A stretch of 64,000 nt of DNA from positions 110,670,001 to 110,734,000 of the forward strand of contig NC_042997.1 in NCBI RefSeq assembly GCF_006345805.1, given 5' to 3'. The notes below the pieces were generated by a model that saw nothing but the letters and a program-made list of their open reading frames with translations, searched no databases and had not been told where the DNA came from. This DNA is from Octopus sinensis. Lineage: Eukaryota. Positions 49,606 to 62,804 of the stretch are shown here, in pieces (the stretch's first letter is position 1; every line of letters starts with the position of its first letter). Made by a program: the position numbers and the translations under genes.

Positions 49606-52600
49606 GTAAGTATTTAGAAATTCTGAACCTCTTCACTTTTATTATTTTCTGCTTAGTTTTCTGACTTGTACCAAACTATATTTGTAAGAATAAGGGTTAA
49701 AATTAAACTGCAAATGGTAGATTCTCTGCAGCACAAAATTAGTAAGTTATGTTATAAACAGCAGGTGCTCTGTGGTGCATTTAAGTAATGTAAGTCTCCC
49801 GATAAATTGTGATCTGGTATGAGTTCCATCTGTTGCTTTTTACCTTTCCCAAATTGATGCTTTCACCATATTCTTAATGTTACACTAATAAGAATTTGTT
49901 TGAATAAGTTAGAGGTATTCTTTGCTATTCTTTGAAATGTAAAACCGTCTAGAACAGGAATTGAAGAACTAAAGACTAATGTTCAGTAAATTCTTCTATT
50001 ATTTCCAACTCTTTTATTGTCATCTTTTATTATGTTACCATTGTGTTGTTCTGTTGTGATGTTGCTGTAATTCCCTGCCCCCCCCCCTCCAACACACACT
50101 TGATTCTGTGCGTTGTCAGATTAGATCAGTATTTTTTGTCTTCTAACACAAACTAATTGGGGTCTTACTTTCAAACAGTCACAGCTTTTATTTTTCTTCT
50201 TTTTATTCAATATTTCTTTATATTGATGACTCCTAATATTAAGTATCTAAATGTTTGATGTTATTCAACCATAACCGAGTTAACCTATTGTTTTGTTATG
50301 TACTACGCAGTTTTAATTCGAGAAATAAGATCACCTGAAAAATAAAGATATTGGAGTACCTGCACTATTAGAATCTTTTATGAGCATTGTTGTGTGTTCT
50401 CACAATATACTGCCCTAAATTTTGTTGGTTCACTCCATTGTTCAAGATAGATATCAGATCACCAAGAAATATTTTCTTTGAAGAATGGTGTCCTACTCAA
50501 ATCTTATATTCCTTTGACACCATAAAACCCAATCAATGCAATGATCCTTAAAAGACTGACCAAACTTAGGAAGCAATTACAGATCTATTTCAATTGATCA
50601 TGTTTTCTGATTACATTCATGTTCCCTAATAGAAAATCATCATCATCGTTTAACATCCGCTTTCCATGCTAGCATGGGTTGGATGGTTTTGACTGAGGTC
50701 TGGCAAACCAGACTCCAATCTGATCTGGCAGAGTTTCTACAGCTGGATGCCCTTCCTAACGCCAACCACTCCGAGAGTGTATTGGGTGCTTTTATGTGCC
50801 ACTGGCACAGGTGCCAGGGGAGGCTGGCAACGGCCACAATCGGTTGGTTCTTTTTACGTGCCACCGGCACGAGGGCCAGTTTGGTGGTACTGGCAATGGC
50901 CACGCCCAAACGGTACTTTTTATGTGCCAACTGCACAGGAGCCAGTCTAGCGGCACTGGCAATAACCTCGCTTGAATGTTTCATGTGCCACCAGCACAAG
51001 TGCTAGTAAGGTGACACAGTAACGATCACACTTGAATGGTGTGTTTAACATGCCATCAGCACGAAGGCCAGCTTGTTGCTTTGGCAACGATTTCACTCAT
51101 ATGGTACTCTTAGCTCTCCACTAGCAACAGATACCAGTCACCAAGTTTGATTTCGACAAAAGTATTTGTATATTTAATAGCCAGGCAGAATTTAAACTCA
51201 CAACCTCTATTTCTGCTGCAGGATTGCTTGGAAACCTTGGTAGACAAATGTATTCATTCACTAACTAAAGACTCTCCACTTTATTCCAATGTCACCTTGA
51301 AAGGTGATATCTGCAAACATTTAGAATCCAGCCTCTCTACCATTCACATCTCTCACTTTCCTGGATTTCCCAAAGACTTCCATCTTACTCATGCTCTCTT
51401 TTTCATTTCTTTATATTAATCTATTCTCCCTGCCACTCTCTGAACTCCTCCGACAACTCTTTCAAGTTTTCCATTAACATCACTCCACCTCACTCAAAAT
51501 CCTCCTAGCTCTTGTACTTCTTCCATCCTGATGCCTCTGACATTCACTGAATATTGGCAGATGGTGCTGTTTGGGATGTCTATGGTGTAGTAATGGCACT
51601 ATCCCAACTGCGATTGTAGCATCTACTGTAATTCCTGCCTGAACTTTATGAAGATGGTAAACCAATATATTTTATGCAACAGTAACATATCTATTCATTC
51701 TTAATATGTTCCAGCAGATTTACACATTGAATATGCTGATTGTTGTTGTGTTTCATCTTTGGAGAACACTTCATCCCTTTACATGTATTTTCAGAAGGCA
51801 TGTGATTCATTGATGTAAGGGAGCTTTGAGACACCATGGTGTTTTGTTTATATTGTCTCCTCAGTCAAAGTTACCCCAGATCAATAAATTTAACAAGATC
51901 ACTAATTCCTATTTATAGAAATCAACAAGCACCTGATTTGCTGATATAAGGGGACTTTGAGACACCATGGTGTTTTGACTTTATTCTGTCTCATTAGACA
52001 AAGTTAACCCAGATCAATGAATTTAACAAGATTACTAGTGCCTGTTTATAGAACATATAATTTGTTGATATATTTTGATGTCTGCCAAGAAGATCATTTA
52101 CAGGTACATGCAGAACAGTAAGAATCAAAATGGTAGTGCATCTATTCAGTCTCAATACATTTTGGTGGATTATGATGTGAATATGTCGAGTGCTGTTGTA
52201 TTTTGTTATTGGAGATCAACTCCTTTCAGATGAATCTGTGTTCACAACACATTCGGTTGATTGATGTGAGGAAACTTTGAGACACCAGTGTTTCAACCTT
52301 AATTATTTCTTCAGTCAAACTACCCCAGACCAATGAATCTATCAAGGGTCTTCTTTATAGAATTCAGTAAACAAATTATTTTCTGATGCCTGCTGATGTC
52401 AGCCGACAAATAATAAATTGTCTTGTGCATGATGAACAACAAAAGTCAAAGCAGTTACCCACATAAGTCATTCTTAATAGATTCCAGTCAAGGCGTGTGG
52501 CTCAGTGGTTAGCATGGTCAGCTCCTGTTCATAAGGTTGTGAGTTCTAGTCCCAGTAGGGCATTGCATCCTTGAGCAAGACACTTTACTTCATGTTGCTC

Positions 52601-55600
52601 CATGTCAACACAGCTGGAAAAAAATGAGTTGTACCTGTATTTCAAAAGGCTGGCCTTGTCACATTCTGTGTCACGCTGAATTTCCCTGAGAACTACGTTA
52701 AGGGTACATGTGTCTGTGGAGTGCTCAGCCACTTGCTTGTTTAATTTCCTGAGTAAGCTGTTCTGTTGATCAGATCAACTGGAACCCTCGTCATCATAAC
52801 CGACAGAGGGAGCCAGTTTTAATTCATTCCAGTAGATTTGAACATGAATAGGATAATCACAGTTATATATTCTAATTTTTGACAATTCTTAATAAAAAAA
52901 AAAGTAGTACCTGCATTTCCTACTAGGACAAGCAGGAAAGATCATGGTTGGAATGTCTTTATGACCTGGGACTGAATAATAATCATTGAAGAGTGAAAAA
53001 ACAAAAAACACCCACAAACTCAGCCTAAATTTTCAAAAATCAAAATAGGGAAATGCCAATGATGTAATTATGGTTTAGAGGGTCAGTGAAGTGATTTTCC
53101 CTCAGGGACCACCAAAAGTGAACTCATTGTGCCCCAAGGGCTGCCAAGGTTAGTGAGCACACTCATTGTGCCCCACAGGCTACCAAGGTTAGTAAGCACA
53201 TCCTGCCCCAGGGACCACTTTTTTCTTTTTGTATATTATTGACTATTGGACAATAGCATCAAGATTGTTTTTAACCAAAGTCATTTTGCCTGTTTTAGAT
53301 TTGTTGACTGAAGGATTATGATTTGTGACATGTGTCCTAATCTCTTAGAAATTTATTTATGGTTTATCTGATTTGTTAACTGGTTGATCCCCTTTACAGA
53401 AGGCTTATCTTACTTTCAGACCAAAATCTTTGTTCAATGTAAACCGTTGCTCACACAGCATGCTTTTCTATCAATGGTTTATCATTGCTACAGGTGTGGC
53501 TGTAGTTGAGAAGCTTGCTTCCCAACCATCTGGTCTCAGGTTCAGTCCTGCTGCATGCTGCAACAAGTGTTTTCTTGGCATGACCAGTTCTTTGAGTAGA
53601 TTTGGTAGACTGAAAGTGAAAGAAACCTGCTGCATAAAAAGATGTTTGGCAAAAATAGATGTTTGACAAATGCTACACAGAAAGAATCAGAAAGCAATGA
53701 GTTGTACTCAAGTTCAAAATGTGACACTTTTATTTACAGTTTTTCAAAACAAAGCTTTGCAAACGTGTATCACAGGAATATTCACTGTGTGGGTAAACAA
53801 TCAAAATTTAAACCTTCAGTCAGATGGAAATAACATAGCAAGACATGAATATATTAGACTGCAAATAAGGTGGCGAGCTGGCAGAATCGTTAGCACGCTG
53901 GGCGAAATGCTTAGCAGTATTTCGTCTGCTGCTACATTCTGAGTTCAAATTCCACTGAGGTCAATTTTGCCCTTCATCTTTCGGGGTCGATTAAATAAGT
54001 ACCAGTTATGCACTGGGGTTAATATAATTGACTTAATCCATTTCTCTGTCCTTGTTTGTCCTCTCTGTGTTTAACCCCTTGTGGGAAGTAAAGAAATAGG
54101 TATTTCATCTGTTGCTACGTTCGGAGTTCAAACTCCGCTGAGGTCGACTTTGCCCTTCATCCTTTCGGGGTCGATTAAATAAGTACTAGTTACGCACTGG
54201 GATTGATATAATCGACTTAATCCGTTTGTCTGTCATTGTTTGTCCCCTCTGTGTGTAGCCCCTTGTGGGCAATAAAGAAATATAAATGTATTCGATTGCA
54301 TTTAGTAATTTTTACAGATTCTTTAGTTTGGTACCGGATATTATTAACCCCATACTACAAAGCCAGACTAGTCTTGCTGAAGCAGTCAATTTCAGCAAAC
54401 TTTGGTAAAATGATATAATAAGCTTCGTAATACTCTCTTTACTCTTTTAGTTGTTTCAGTCATTTGACTGGCCATGTTGGAGCACCACCTTTAGTTGAGC
54501 AAATCGATCCCAGGACTTATTCTTTGTAAGCCTAGTACTTTTTCTATCGGTTTCTTTTGCCGAACTGCTAAATTATGGGGACGTAAACACACCAGCATCG
54601 GTTGTCAAGCGATGTTGGGGAGACAAACACAGACACATACACACACACATATAGCTTAAAGAAGACAAATGCCAAGTGAAAAAAGTGAGCATAATGATTT
54701 TGACTTGCTAAAAACAACTTAGCTCAGTAGTCATGGTGACTAAGAAATTGAACAACTAATCTTCCAGCTTCTGAGTGAAGTTGACAGCATGAGAAGCTTG
54801 AGAGTACATCGTTCAAAGTTCAATGTCTTCATGGTAACTAACTCAACTGTTTTTAATCACGTGGCCGATGCCAGCGCCACCTTGACTGGCTTCTGTGCCG
54901 GTGGCATGTAAAAAGCACCAACCGATCGTGGCCGTTGCCAGCCTCCCCTGGCACATAAAAAGCATCCACTACACTTACGGAGTGGTTGGCGTTAGGAAGG
55001 GCACCCAGCTGTAGAAAGACTGGAGGATGGTCCAGCCTCTTGGCTTCCCAGACCCCAGTCGAACTGTCCAACTCGTGCTAGCATGGAAAGCTGACGTTAA
55101 ACGATGATGATGATGATTTTCAACTTGGGTAGAAGTTGTTTAAATTTGTGCAACACCAACCTTAAGTGGTCAACATTTGTCCCAAACAACTAACTCATGC
55201 TACAGTAAAAAAAATAAATTTATGTCTTACTACAGGTTTGTGTGTGTGTGTTAGCATTTCTTTGTTTTGATATCACATGATGGTTGTATATGTGCATCAC
55301 CATTGTAGAAGTGGTGGTGTTCATTTCTCGTCTGTCCACAGGGAAACTGTTACCCTGCTTGGAAACAGGAGTCGGTTGGTGACAGGAAGGGCATCCAGCT
55401 GTAAAAACTCTGCTTAACCAAATTCTGTTTCCAGCGCAAGCACGGGAAAATGGATATTAAATGATGATGATGATGATTCCATTAGCATAAGATATTATTG
55501 GCCTTGAAATTACAAAAAAAAAAAGTATTTGGTGATGGTGGGGAAGGCATTTTATCTGTATTTTTGTTGTTTCTTATTGTTGTACAACCCCAGGTCATCC

Positions 55601-56614
55601 CTAAATCAACAGACTCGATGTTCCAGCCATGACTGTCTCATATTAAAATTTTCTTTTCAAACGTGTTATTTAAAGGACTACATTATATACAACCTTTTTT
55701 ATAAGGTAATGTACAATTTGAGGGAAGTTTGGCTACTATTTCTAGCAGCTCAAGTGCCATTGTTGAATTGTTTTGTTTTTGCTTTTGTTGTTTATTTTGT
55801 GTGCCAGTACCATTCTTAGTCATCATGACTATTGATTGCTTCCCATACAATTCAATATTTAATTTCTCTAAAACACAAACACACAATCTTCCATGTCCGC
55901 CAACACCTGTTCCAAGTTCTTTGGCAACATATTTTGTTTTCTCTGCTTACATAAAATTATTCCAGAATATTCCAGCTGTTTCACTGGGATTTAAAAAAAA
56001 AAAAAAGAAAATTCAATCCAAACTTTTTTTTCTTTTCGTTAAAACAGTTTGTTAATTGTCATACTTAACAGTTTCGTTGCTTTGTGATTTATTTATTTAT
56101 CTCTTAATTTCATCAATTGTCTTGCTTAGACATGAGAATCTGCAGAAGACCATACAGTTTCAACTGATAACAATTGCTTATTTGCTCGTTACAGCAGGAA
56201 TATTTAATTCTAATTTTTTTCATTAACATTCTTAAAACTTGTTCGTGACTTGTCATATTGACGACTAACCATTTTACATGTTATTAGATCAGTGCAGTCA
56301 TTAAAAATAATTACATTCCTCGTTTATTATTTAATGGAAGATTTTCTAAATTGTAAATCTAAATTCCTAATTGAGAATATTTATTATGGAATTTTTTTAG
56401 ATTCAATTATGTGCATGTGTGTGTTAATTTTTATCCTGGTTGATAGGACAATCCTGTGATTTGTATAGATACAAATTTATTACCAACTCAAATATGCCTG
56501 AGGTATATTCTGACCTGTAAGAAAGCTATTTGCTATGTTTTGTCGTGGAGGCAATTTCTCCTGGTAGACAAGATAAGTTTAAAAAAACACCAAGTCAGTT
56601 CACAGCATCCCCTA

Positions 56615-56820
56615 ACCAGACTGCTGGATGAATGTATTTCAGAGTGGTTATCTCCTCCTCAGCACCAGAGACTGGAAAAGCAGACACTGCAAACTGACAT
56701 GAGACAGGTCTCTCTTATGATATTCCTGTCTCTTGTGTTAGTTCACAGCAACTTCCTGTCTGGTATCTGTTACTGAAGAGGAGATAACCACTCTGAAATG
56801 CATTTATCCAACAGACTGGT
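56615..56820. repeat. ~50-bp diverging inverted repeat; each arm is a CpG-decayed minimal hammerhead (56624-56668 -, 56773-56811 +)
   Basis: CTGA(G/A)GA-GGAG-ataacca-CTCT-GAAA-T(A/G)CA-TT-(C/T)ATCC. The minus copy keeps stem I CTGG-TG/CATCCAG. Reverting CpG transitions gives CTCC-GAAACGCGTT. Confidence 0.6.
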
Positions 56821-58719
56821 CCAGAAGGTGCTGTAAGCTGGGCTCAGTGTATCTACACATCTTTGTCTACAGCAAGAAATATTCTCCATGACAAAATACA
56901 GCGAATGACTTTCTTACGGGTTCAAATATGCCTCAAAACATATTTGAATTGGTAACAAGTCTGTATTCATGTAATTTTTAATAACATTTTAACTCAGCTC
57001 CACAAGGCTTGGTTTTGTGGGTACATAGAGCACATCCATCTCATCAGATACCACAGTATTTTGAGAGAAATTCAAGATGCTTCTGGGTGCTAGGCTTTTA
57101 TAGGTCAGCTCATGTGGTATTAATGCTAGAAAAGAGATGCTAGCTGTTTTGCTTATTTTCAAGTTCACATGTGTAGAAAGGATGTTGACGGGGTGCTGGT
57201 GTCACTTTCGCAGCAGGCTGCAGCATGGTGTCATCAGTGACATCAGTTCTTTGTATTGGGTTCAGATCATGGAAGGATGGGCTGTTGGTAGGGGTCAGCA
57301 GCTTTGCAACAAGGCAGCAAGCTGGCAGAATCGTTAGCACACCAGGTAAAATGCTTAGCAGTATTTCATCAGTCTTCACGTTCTGAGTTCAAATTCCTAC
57401 TAGGTCAACTTTGCTTTTCAGAAAGGGTCATTATTAAGGCAGCAAGCTGGCAGAATCGTTAGCATGCTGAATGAAATGCTTAGCGGTATTTTGCTTGCTG
57501 CTATGTTCTGGGTTCAAATTCTGCAGAGGTCGACTTTGCCTTTCGTCCTTTCAGAGTCGATAAATTAAGTACCAGTGAAACACTAGGGTCAATGTAATCA
57601 ATTAGTCCTCTCCCCACAAATTTCAGTCCTTGTGCCTATAATAGAAAGGATTGTTAGTGATAGCAGTTTTCATGTGGAAGCAATAAAATTTGATGGTGTT
57701 GGGTAAGAACTGAGGCTAATTACCAACATGGGTCAGCTGTAGTCTATATGGGCAGCAGGGCTTAAAAACCCTGTCTCTATGTGTGGATCAGATAAACCCT
57801 GGCTGTTTTATATGGTTTGTTAGCTGCCAGTGACTTGAAGTTTATTAACAGGAGTTCCTTTGGTGGTAACAATAAGATAGTTCATTATTTTTGTTGATGG
57901 ATACTGCAGGTTGGTGGAGCATGTGTAGTCCCTTGCAGAGGGGGTTAGCAACTATGAACGCCAGGTGAGTAAGGAAGGGGTCCTGTCAATGATACCCCAT
58001 TTGATGTTGGGGAACTCATTTTCACCATTGAAATAACAATTTGAAGCCATTTTGAATTTCTCTCAAAACTCTGACCCTGCTCCTAACACCTGATGAGAGG
58101 GACGTGTTTTATGTTCCCCAGCGTTGCCTTACTGGCACTTGTGCCCGTGCTAGTAGGGTGCCAAGAGCACCATCCGAGCGTGATCATTGCCAGAGCAGGC
58201 AACTGATTCCATGCCGGTGGCGCATAAAAGAGCACCATTCGAGCGTGATCGTTACCAACGTTGCCTTACTGGCACCTGTGCCGGTGGCATGTGTAAAAAG
58301 ATTCGAGCAAGGTCATTGCCAGTACCTCATTGGAGCCTGGTGCAGCCATCTGGTTTGCCAGCCCTCAGTCAAAATCGTCCAACCCATGCCAGTATGGAAA
58401 GCGGACATTAAACAATGATGATGATGGAACTTTACATGGAGCTGAGCCAAACTGTTATTAAGAAATATAATTCCTATCAAATATGTTGAGTGCTACTTCT
58501 ATTTTTTCACTTACTCATAAGGGCACTTGCGCACACACACACACACACACACACACATGCTCACATGCACCTGTGTGAACACACACACATGCTCACATGC
58601 ACCTGTGTGAACACACACACACACACATACATGTGTGTTTGTAGCTTTTGTCTTGTTTTAATTCCTCACTCCTTCGTCTGTGGCCCTGCTGGGGCACCAC
58701 CTTAAATTTTTAGTCAAAA

Positions 58720-59262
58720 GCCTTCATCAGGTGACCTGGGAGAATTTCGAGCCTGGGTTCTCATTCCTAAGGTATTTTTCTGATATTATTATTATTATTC
58801 AGGTCATATTCAGTCCCACAGGTATATGGCGTAGTGGTTAAGAGTGCAGGCTACTAACCCTAAGATTCCAAGTTCAATTCCAGGCAGTGACCTGAATAAT
58901 AAGAATAATAACATTGAAAAATACCTTAGGAATGAGAACCCATGTTCGAAATTCCCCCAGGACACCTGATGAAGGCTGGAGGGTATATCAGCCGAAATGT
59001 TGTGCTAACAACAAACAAGATGAGGACAAATATCCGTCGAATGTAAATAATGTACATAATTCCTCATCTCTTAAATATAGAACTGGAATAATAATATCAG
59101 CAAAAAAAAAAAACCCAAAAAAACCTTAGGAATGAGAACTCAGGTGTGGGTACAAAATTCTATCAGTACACCTGATGAAGGCTGGAGGATATATCAGCCA
59201 AAACGACGTGTTAACAACAAACAAGATGAGGACAAATATCTGTCAAATGTAAATAATGTAAA
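58720..59262 (+). mobile_element. tRNA-headed hammerhead element, locus IV (inverted partial 58720-58806 -, main 58815-59085 +, tandem partial 59086-59262 +)
   Basis: A box TGGCGTAGTGG at 58827-58837; B box GTTCAATTCC at 58872-58881; hammerhead at 58961-59006; further CTGATGA cores at 58724-58730 (-) and 59172-59178 (+). Confidence 0.78.
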
Positions 59263-59877
59263 ATGGTTGACAGCCATTGCTAACATTGCTAAATTCTTCC
59301 ATTCATTCATAATTTCAAAATACAAATGAACGTTTTAGTCTTTCAGATCCAATCCTGATATTTTCTTTTGAAAATAGTCACAAACCACTTGAGGAGGAAT
59401 AATTAATATTACAACAGAATTTGGTTGCTTGAAACCTTTTCAATTCAGCAGCTGCCTTATCTTATTGTCTTGAAGTCCTGTCACTGATATCATGTGATGT
59501 TGTAGTAGTGGTAGTAGTAGTAGTAGTAGTCTTGATACAAGCTTTTTCCCATTTAACCCTTTCAGATTTCTCTGTCAAATATAATGTCTATTTGTTCACA
59601 TTGATTTGAGTCTTACAATACATTGTAGCTTTGAGATTTCAGTGATGTGATTCTTTTACTCTTTTACTTGTTTCAGTCATTTGACTGTGGCCATGCTGGA
59701 GCACCGCCTTTAGTCAAGCAAATCAATCCCAGGACCAGGGTCAATTAATTCAACTAAAAATTCTTTAAGGCGGTGCCCCAGCATGGCCACAGTTTTATGG
59801 TTGCCAAACCGCTAAGTTACGGGGACATAAACACACTAGCAGTTATCTAGCGATGTTTGGGGGGGGGGGAAACACAT

Positions 59878-59908
<31 letters not shown>

Positions 59909-60603
59909 CAACAGGCTTCTTTCAGTTTCCATCTACCAAATCCATTCACAAGGCTTTGATTGGCCCGAGGCTATAGTAGAAGACACTTGCCCAAGGTGCC
60001 ACGCAGTGGGATTGAAACCAGAACCATGTGGTTTGTAAGCAAGCTACTTACCACACAGCCACTCCTACGCCTGTTTATTTTTAGAATGGCATTGTAGGGT
60101 AAGTGGGAGAGGCCAGATCTGGCCAATTTGAAGATAAAACAGAATGTTTGGACTTGATTGATATATCTTTATCTTTTACTTGTTTCAACCATAAAACTGT
60201 GGCCATGCTGGGGCACCGCCTTAAAGAATTTTTAGTTGAATTAATTGACCCTGGTCCTTTTTACTCCTTTTTTAAACCTAGAACTTATTTTATCACTCTC
60301 ATTTGCTGAACTGCTCCAGTTTAAATACTAAAGAATTAAATGCCTTGTGGTATTTGTTCCAGCTCTGTATAATTTGAGTTCAAATCCCACAGAGACTATA
60401 TTTACCTTTCATCCCTCTAGGGGTCAATAGAACAGTCACATGCTAGTGTTGGGCTAACTAACCTCCCCACCCACCCCCACTGAGTGTCCTGCTTCATACC
60501 TATAAGAGAAACGATTATTATTGATTATTGAACTCCTGCGCCCGGTCATTTTTTTTGTTTTCCCAAATAAACACATGCACTATATATATTCACTCTATAA
60601 TTG

Positions 60604-60679
60604 CCCACAGGCACATAGTGTGATGGTTAAGAGCGCAGGCTACTAACCCCAAGATTCCAAGTTCACTTCCAAGCAGTGA

Positions 60680-60742
<63 letters not shown>

Positions 60743-60934
60743 TAGTAATAATAATAATAATAACATCGAAAAATACCTTAGGAATGAGAACTCAGGTTCA
60801 AAATTTCCCCAAAGCACCTGATGAAGGTTGGAGGGTATATCAGCGGAAACGTGTTAACAACAAACAAGAGGGGGATGAATATCTGTCAAATGTAAATAAT
60901 GTAAATAATTCCTCATCTCAAAAATATAGAACAG
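60604..60934 (+). mobile_element. tRNA-headed hammerhead element, locus V (expanded (AAT)n)
   Basis: Same head and body; CTGATGA at 60818-60824; the GTT triplet region is deleted. No inverted partner seen. Confidence 0.72.
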
Positions 60935-61368
60935 CAATATTTGTTTTTTCACTTATTTATTACTTTTCTTATTTTGACTCCTGTCCATTGTCCAAACAAT
61001 GGACATCAGTTAGAACAAGAACAGTAATAAATGAGTGAAAAACAAATATACAATGGGTGTGTTCATTTGGCAAAAAGAAATGACCGTCCCAAAATACAAA
61101 ATCTGTTTCACCACCTGACTTCACATCAGGAATCTTGCAACACAAATTTACACATATATATATATAGGCACAGGTATGGCTGTATGGTAAGAAGTTACCT
61201 TCCCAACCACATGCTTCCAGGTTCAATCCTGCTGTGTGGCACCTTGGGCAAGTACCTTCTGTTATAACCTGGGCTGACTAAAGCCTTTTCAGTGGAATTG
61301 GTAGATGGAAACTAGAAGAAGCCTGTCACATTTGGATATATATATATGTGTGTGTGTGTGTGTATGTA

Positions 61369-62755
61369 TCATCATCATCATCATTTAGCGTTCGCTTTCC
61401 ATGCTGGCATGGGTTGGACAGTTCAATTGGGGTCTTGGAAGCCAGAAGGCTGCACCAGGCCCAGTCTGATCTGGCAATGTTACTACGGCTGGATGCCCTT
61501 CCTAACGCCAACCACTCCATGAGTGTAGTGGGTGCTTTTTACGTGCCACCGGCACAGGTGCCAGACGAGGCTGGCAAATGGCCACGATCGGATGGTGCTT
61601 TTTACGTGCCACTGGCACGGAGGCAGTCGGGGCGGCGCTGGCAATGGCCACGTTCGGATGTTACTCTTATGTGCCACTGGCACTGGTATCACAGCTATGA
61701 TTTCCATTGATGTTGATCGATTTTGATTTTGTTTTTCACTTGCCTCAACAGGTCTTCATAAGTAGAGTTTTGTGTCCCAAGAAGGAAAGGTATGCATAAG
61801 TAGACTGAGGCCACGGGTTATGGCCTCACTTGTCCTGCCGGATCTTCTCACGCACAGCATACTTCCAAAGGTCTCGGTCTCTAGTCATTTCCTCGGTGAG
61901 ACCTTAAGTTCGAAGGTCGTGCTTCACCACCTCGTCCCAGGTTTTCCTGGGTCTACCTCTTCCACAGGTTCCCTCAACCGCTAGGATGTGGCACTTTTTC
62001 ACACAATTATCTTCATCCATTCTCACCACATGACCATACCAGCGCAAACGTCTCTCTTGCACACCACAACTGATGCTTCTTAGGTCCAACTTTTCTCTCG
62101 AGGTACTTACACTCTGTCGAGTATGAACACTGACATTACACATCCATCGGAGCATACTGGCTTCATTTCTTGTGAGCTTACGCATATCCTCAGCAGTCAT
62201 GGCCAATTTTTCACTGACATGTAGCATGGCTGTTCGTACACATGCATCATACAGTCTGCCTTTTACTCTGAGCGAGAGGCCTTTTGTCCCTAGCAGAGGT
62301 AAGAGCTCTCTGAACTTTGCCCAGGCTATTCTTACTCTAACAGTTACACTTTCAACACACCCGCCCCCGCTACTGACTTGGTCACCTAGGTAACTGAAGC
62401 TATCAACTATTTCTAGTTTTTCTCCCTGGAATGTGGCGGAAGTTGGTCTCTGCGCATTTTCAGTGTTTATTGCTCCTGAGCATCTGCCACATACAAAAAC
62501 TATCTTCCCAGTTAGCCTTCCCTTGACGTTGCTGCACCTCTTATGTGTCCATAGCTTACACTCGGTGCATCTTATAGAGTTTCTACTTACGCCTTTTCTA
62601 CAGATCGAGCAGGGCCATCTACCTGAAGGCGTTTGTGACTTGTCCACCTCCCTACTTATTAGGACTTTGGTTTTAGCTAGCTTGACTCTAAGGCCCTCTG
62701 ATTCTAATCCTTGCTTCCACACCTGGAACTTCTCCTACAGTTCTGATAGTGAACT
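61369..62755 (-). mobile_element. 5'-truncated RTE-group LINE (RT C-terminus with Cys/His finger, 3' UTR, (GAT)n tail)
   Basis: GLRVKLAKTKVL, CSICRKGV..CTECKLWTHKRC, FSYLGD, RLRWYGHV, GRGRPRKTW. A premature TAA is at 61904-61906 and the natural stop at 61826-61828. The 3' UTR is the repeat found many times in this window. Confidence 0.88.
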
Positions 62756-62770
62756 GTGTGTGTATGTGTA

Positions 62771-62804
<34 letters not shown>

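Noticed and set aside
51200-51700. Coding or LINE fragment in the purine/pyrimidine-skewed stretch
   Set aside because: No recognisable motif in any frame.
58821-58895. Functional tRNA gene (and the other tRNA-like heads)
   Set aside because: A/B boxes are present but acceptor and anticodon stems do not close; always attached to repeat bodies, so SINE-type heads.
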